Assembly: GCA_963843975.1 (NCBI GenBank)
Contig: CAWJMG010000001.1
Location: forward strand, 810,001-842,000
From: an uncultured Actinomycetes bacterium
GTDB lineage: Bacteria > Actinomycetota > Actinomycetes > S36-B12 > CAIYMF01
Reading direction: 5' to 3'
DNA length: 32,000 bases
The notes under the pieces are model-generated. The model was given only the letters and a program-made list of their open reading frames with translations, did no database searches and was not told the origin of the DNA. Below are positions 26,490 to 32,000 of this stretch, in pieces. A program made the translations under genes and the position numbers. Each line of letters starts with the position of its first letter. Position 1 is the stretch's first letter.

Positions 26490-26524
26490 AATCCGTCGCT
26501 TCCTGGCCCGGGAGATGACGGATT
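26490..26524. terminator. Hairpin between the convergent kinase gene and the small acidic protein gene
   Basis: AATCCGTC (26490-26497) pairs with GACGGATT (26517-26524) around a 19-nt partly self-complementary interior. Confidence 0.3.
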
Positions 26525-26545
26525 GATCAGTGCGAGCGGGTGGGG

Positions 26546-26830
26546 CTAGGAGTTCTCGCGGATGTAGGTCGCGAAGCGGGCGCGGAAGAGCGGCTCGAGG
26601 TCGCCGACCGACTCGCCGCCGAAGACCTGCTTGGCCGCACGGATCGTCTCGACGAACGAGCCGCCGATGTCACCGGCCGACCCGCCCTCGTCCTGCACGT
26701 CGTGCATCGCCGGCGCGTGGTTGAACAGGTCGACGAAGAAGCCCACGTCGAGCTTGTGCTCGGCGATGTCGAACGCACGGTCGCGCAGCTCGTCGTAGGG
26801 AAGGTCCTCGAGCACGATGTCCTCGCTCAT
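26546..26830 (-). CDS. Small acidic cytoplasmic hypothetical protein (94 aa)
   Basis: MSEDIVLEDLPYDELRDRAFDIAEHKLDVGFFVDLFNHAPAMHD... Third-position GC is high. TAGGGT lies 7 nt upstream of the ATG. It follows the fol operon on the same strand. Confidence 0.55.
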   Translation of the reverse strand: MSEDIVLEDLPYDELRDRAFDIAEHKLDVGFFVDLFNHAPAMHDVQDEGGSAGDIGGSFVETIRAAKQVFGGESVGDLEPLFRARFATYIRENS

Positions 26831-26859
26831 GGGCCTGACCCTAGGCGATGACCTCGGGG

Positions 26860-27330
26860 CTACGCCGCCCGGTCCGCCTCGTCGTCGTCCGAGGGAGGGA
26901 TCCGGCAGATGCGCTCGAGCCACAGCCCGGCAGCCACGAGCAGCGCCGACCCGATCGCGGTGACCAGCGCGGCGACGATGAGGCCGCGGACGTAGGAGAT
27001 GTCCCACGACGGCGAGAGGGCGACGGCGACGCCCAGGTAGAACCCGCCGATGAAGGCCCCCGCGCGCGACACCGACAGCGCGAGGGCCGCCGTGCGCAGC
27101 GCCAGCAGCGGCGGCATCGGCTTGGTCCCGGGCCGCTTCTCCAGCCTGGCGCGGGTGCCGCGCGCCCAGACGAACACCGACAGCGCGAGCACGAGCATCA
27201 GCGCGGGCACGGTGAGCGGCACGGGGAACGAGCGGCCTGCCACGGCATCCACGAGCGCCGTCGCGACCCAGCCGCCGACGGCCCCCAGGAGGGCGAGCAG
27301 CAGCAGGGTGCGGGGCTTCGTGGCGGTCAT
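26860..27330 (-). CDS. DUF3180-type four-TM membrane protein (conserved downstream of folK in actinobacteria)
   Basis: 156 aa with four hydrophobic helices. Its ATG overlaps the folK TGA (ATGA). Confidence 0.7.
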   Translation of the reverse strand: MTATKPRTLLLLALLGAVGGWVATALVDAVAGRSFPVPLTVPALMLVLALSVFVWARGTRARLEKRPGTKPMPPLLALRTAALALSVSRAGAFIGGFYLGVAVALSPSWDISYVRGLIVAALVTAIGSALLVAAGLWLERICRIPPSDDDEADRAA

Positions 27331-27839
27331 GCGGGCAGCTCCAGGCGTACGTCGTCGCGCCGGCGCACGGAGTCCGCGCCGTCGCGCTGCAGCACGGACG
27401 CCGCCAGCTCGGCGACGCGACCGCGGGCGGGGATCACAGCGGCAGGGTCGGCCTCAGCCCAGGGCACGAGGACGAAGCCGCGCTCGTGGGCACGCGGGTG
27501 CGGGATCTCGAGGTCGGGGTCGTGAAGCTCGAGGTCGCCGTACGAGAGGACGTCGACGTCGAGGGTGCGCGGCCCCCACCGCACCTCGCGGGTGCGGTTC
27601 CACGCCTGCTCGGCCTCGTGAGCCGCCGCGAGCAGCGCGTGCGGGTCGATGTCGGTGCTGCCCACGAGGACGGCGTTGGCGTAGTCGGGCTGGTCGGCCG
27701 GGCCGCCCACCGGTGCGGTCTCGTAGACGGACGAGACGACGGCGTCGGCCAGCAGCGGGCTGAGGAGGTCGACGGCGCCCTGGAGCGCCGCGACGCGGTC
27801 GCCGAGGTTGGCGCCGAGCCCGAACGCCGCGCGGGTCAC
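27327..27839 (-). CDS. folK: 2-amino-4-hydroxy-6-hydroxymethyldihydropteridine diphosphokinase
   Basis: 170 aa from the GTG at 27839. It has AFGLGANLGDR, SSVYETAPVGGP, WGPRTLDVDVL, IPHPRAHERGFVLVPW. Its GTG overlaps the folB TGA. Confidence 0.9.
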   Translation of the reverse strand: MTRAAFGLGANLGDRVAALQGAVDLLSPLLADAVVSSVYETAPVGGPADQPDYANAVLVGSTDIDPHALLAAAHEAEQAWNRTREVRWGPRTLDVDVLSYGDLELHDPDLEIPHPRAHERGFVLVPWAEADPAAVIPARGRVAELAASVLQRDGADSVRRRDDVRLELPA

Positions 27840-28216
27840 GGGCGCCCCGCGATGCGGGTGATCGTGACGGTGACGTCGCCGAAGGCCACGCCGACCGGCG
27901 CCTCGGGCTTGTGCACGGTGACCGCGACGGCCTGGACGCCGTCGCGCGCGAGGCACGCGTCGGCCACCTGCTGCGCGAGCGTCTCGATCAGGTCGACGGG
28001 CTCGCCCTCGATCAGCGCGATCACGTCGGCGGCGACCTCGGCGTAGTTGATGGTCTTGGCGAGGTCGTCAGAGGTCGCCGCCTCACGGGTGTCGACACCG
28101 AGCACGACGTCGACGACGAAGGTCTGGCCCTCGCGCTTCTCGAACTCGAAGACGCCGTGGTGGCCGGTGGCGGTGAGGCCGCGGACGGCGATGCGGTCGA
28201 GGTGCTCGGGGATCAC
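27836..28216 (-). CDS. folB: Dihydroneopterin aldolase
   Basis: 126 aa: DRIAVRGLTATGHHGVFEFEKREGQTFVVDVVL...DDLAKTINYAEV...VTVHKPEAP. Confidence 0.9.
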   Translation of the reverse strand: MIPEHLDRIAVRGLTATGHHGVFEFEKREGQTFVVDVVLGVDTREAATSDDLAKTINYAEVAADVIALIEGEPVDLIETLAQQVADACLARDGVQAVAVTVHKPEAPVGVAFGDVTVTITRIAGRP

Positions 28217-28220
28217 GGGA

Positions 28221-29081
28221 TCACCCTCGCCCACGCGACCAGGCGGCGGCCACCTGCACGGCATCGCGGCTGCCGCGGACGTCGTGCACGCGGACGCACC
28301 AGGCGCCGGCCGCGGCGGCGAGCGCGCTGATGGCGTCGGTGGCGTCGTCGCGCTCGGCCATCGGTCGCGGTTCGCCGTCGGCCGCCAGCAGCGACCCGAG
28401 GAACCGCTTGCGCGAGGCGCCGACGAGCACGGGATGCCCGAGGGCGAGCAGGCGGTCGAGGCCGCGCAGCAGCGCCCAGTTGTGGTCGGCCTCCTTGGCG
28501 AAGCCGAGACCGGGGTCGAGCACGACGCGCGATGGATCGACGCCGGCGGCGGTGGCCGCCGCCGCCCGCGCCCCGAGCTCGGCCAGCACATCGGCGACGA
28601 CGTCGTCGTAGACCGCCAGGTCGTCCATGTGCGTGCTGTGTCCGCGCCAGTGCATCGCGACGTACGGCACGTCGAGCGAGGCGACGACGCCCAGCATCTC
28701 GGGATCGGCGAGGCCGCCGCTCACGTCGTTCACGACGCACGCGCCGGCCTCTACAGCGGCCTGCGCCGTGCTCGCGCGCATGGTGTCGATGCTCACCGGG
28801 ATGCCGACGTCGGTGAGGGCGCGCACGACGGGCAGGACCCGCGCGACCTCCTCCTCCGGCGCGACGCGCTCGGCACCGGGCCGGGTCGACTCGCCGCCGA
28901 CGTCGACGAGATCGGCACCTGCCGCGGCCATCGCGCGACCGTGCTCGACAGCGCTGGCGGCGTCGAGGAAGAGACCGCCGTCGGAGAAGGAGTCGGGCGT
29001 GACGTTGAGGACGCCCATCACGACGCAGCGCTCGAGCGACGCGAGCTGATCCGGCAGGCCGGCCGGACGCCGGAAGGTCAC
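28221..29081 (-). CDS. folP: Dihydropteroate synthase
   Basis: VMGVLNVTPDSFSDGG, DVGGESTRPGA, SIDT, VNDVSGG, DPGLGFAK, LVGASRKRF. The GTG at 29081 lies 7 nt after the folE stop. A later start at ATG 29018 is possible. Confidence 0.9.
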   Translation of the reverse strand: MTFRRPAGLPDQLASLERCVVMGVLNVTPDSFSDGGLFLDAASAVEHGRAMAAAGADLVDVGGESTRPGAERVAPEEEVARVLPVVRALTDVGIPVSIDTMRASTAQAAVEAGACVVNDVSGGLADPEMLGVVASLDVPYVAMHWRGHSTHMDDLAVYDDVVADVLAELGARAAAATAAGVDPSRVVLDPGLGFAKEADHNWALLRGLDRLLALGHPVLVGASRKRFLGSLLAADGEPRPMAERDDATDAISALAAAAGAWCVRVHDVRGSRDAVQVAAAWSRGRG

Positions 29082-29088
29082 GACGGCT

Positions 29089-29690
29089 CTAGCCGACGAT
29101 GAGGCTCATCGCCTCGGCGCGGGTCGCAGGGTCGCGGAGCTGACCGCGGACGGCGCTGGTGATGGTCTTGGCCCCGGGCTTGCGGATGCCGCGCATCGAC
29201 ATGCAGAGATGCTCGCACTCGATGACGACGATGGCGCCGCGCGGCTCGAGGATGTGCACGAGCGCGTCGGCTACCTGCGTCGTGAGGCGCTCCTGCACCT
29301 GCGGACGCTTGGCGTAGACGTCGACGAGGCGGGCCAGCTTGGACAGGCCCGTTATGCGGCCGTCCTCGCCGGGGATGTAGCCGACGTGCGCGACGCCGTG
29401 GAACGGCACGAGGTGGTGCTCGCAGGTCGAGTACAGCTCGATGTCCTTGACCAGCACCATCTCGTCGTGGCCGAGGTCGAACGTGGTCGCCAGGACCTCC
29501 TCGGGCGTCTGGCGAAGGCCGGCGAACATCTCGCCGTACGCGCGCGCGACGCGCGCCGGGGTGTCGAGCAGGCCGTCGCGGTCGGGGTCCTCGCCGATCG
29601 CGATGAGCAGCTCGCGGACGGCCGCCTCGGCCCGGGCCTGGTCGAAGTCGCGCACGGCCGTCTCCGGCACGTGCACGGGGTCGACGCGGC

Positions 29691-29694
<4 letters not shown>
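29089..29694 (-). CDS. folE: GTP cyclohydrolase I
   Basis: 201 aa from the GTG at 29694. It has [65 protein letters not shown]. Its GTG overlaps the ftsH TGA. Confidence 0.92.
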
Positions 29695-31706
<2,012 letters not shown>

Positions 31707-32000
31707 GGGCTGGGGGCCTCACGGCCCCGTCCCTCCTGACTGTGCTTGCTGGGTGACGGGCTGGCGAGCGGGCACGGGGGTCCTCGGACGGCGCTCCCGG
31801 GGCTCCGGGCGCGCGAACGAGGTCCCTCGAAGGTACACCGGCCCAGCGGTCACCGCCGTCCCGCGTGCCCCCTCACCAGCACAGACGCCCGCGGGACCCC
31901 ACCTGTTCCCCCGTTCACCCGGGGCAGAACCCAACCGATGGCGAGCCGGCGCTTGAGCTCGCTCAGTCAGCGTTCGACCTGCCCTACCCGCGCCGGGGCG

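Noticed and set aside
31707-31966. A long non-coding stretch upstream of ftsH. It contains a 71-aa TTG-initiated ORF (31719-31934) and a strong AGGAGGG placed 8 nt before an out-of-frame GTG at 31722.
   Set aside because: The 71-aa ORF has clearly lower third-position GC than real genes here and no motifs. The GTG-frame ORF (30967-31722) is Arg-rich junk overlapping ftsH. I saw no recognisable riboswitch or sRNA signature. The lack of an SD for the ftsH ATG remains unexplained, but I cannot support a feature.
31967-32000. A possible 3' end of an upstream minus-strand gene (…APARVGQVER-stop).
   Set aside because: Only about 10 codons are visible, which is too short to identify or even to confirm as coding.

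Overview
High-GC actinobacterial chromosome. Off-frame ORFs are long and Arg/Ala/Pro-rich, so most of the six-frame track is artefact. The window is the conserved actinomycete housekeeping backbone, read mainly on the minus strand: ftsH-folE-folP-folB-folK-DUF3180 ... DUF2520-panC-nadB-nadC-coaX ... lysS ... lsr2-GNAT ... clpC. Lineage-specific genes are interspersed: ppc, glutathione peroxidase, a membrane spermidine-synthase-like fusion, an EXORDIUM/PHI-1-like secreted protein, a MidA-family methyltransferase, YdbS/YdbT PH-domain membrane proteins, an orphan NuoD-like protein, a stand-alone cNMP-binding protein, and an OmpR/HK two-component system. I saw no rRNA, tRNA, CRISPR array, transposase or integrase. 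Many junctions are 4-nt ATGA/GTGA start-stop overlaps, indicating translational coupling. Main second-look items: (1) a MidA/NDUFAF7-family methyltransferase lies 2.4 kb from an orphan NuoD/NDUFS2 paralog that keeps the Arg methylated in mitochondria but has Trp at the quinone-binding Tyr position; (2) two copies of a ~52-bp palindromic element share 17-nt outer arms and have different but self-complementary inner stems; (3) panC is frameshifted as sequenced, so its N-terminal part reads through in frame into nadB; (4) four CGTCC repeats sit in 11-bp phase in the divergent promoter of the two-component system; (5) an AT-enriched, palindrome-dense region lies upstream of lsr2; (6) six genes have a TANNNT hexamer 6-7 nt before the start codon, suggesting leaderless transcripts. 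All family calls come from reading the translations and recalled motifs. No searches were run.
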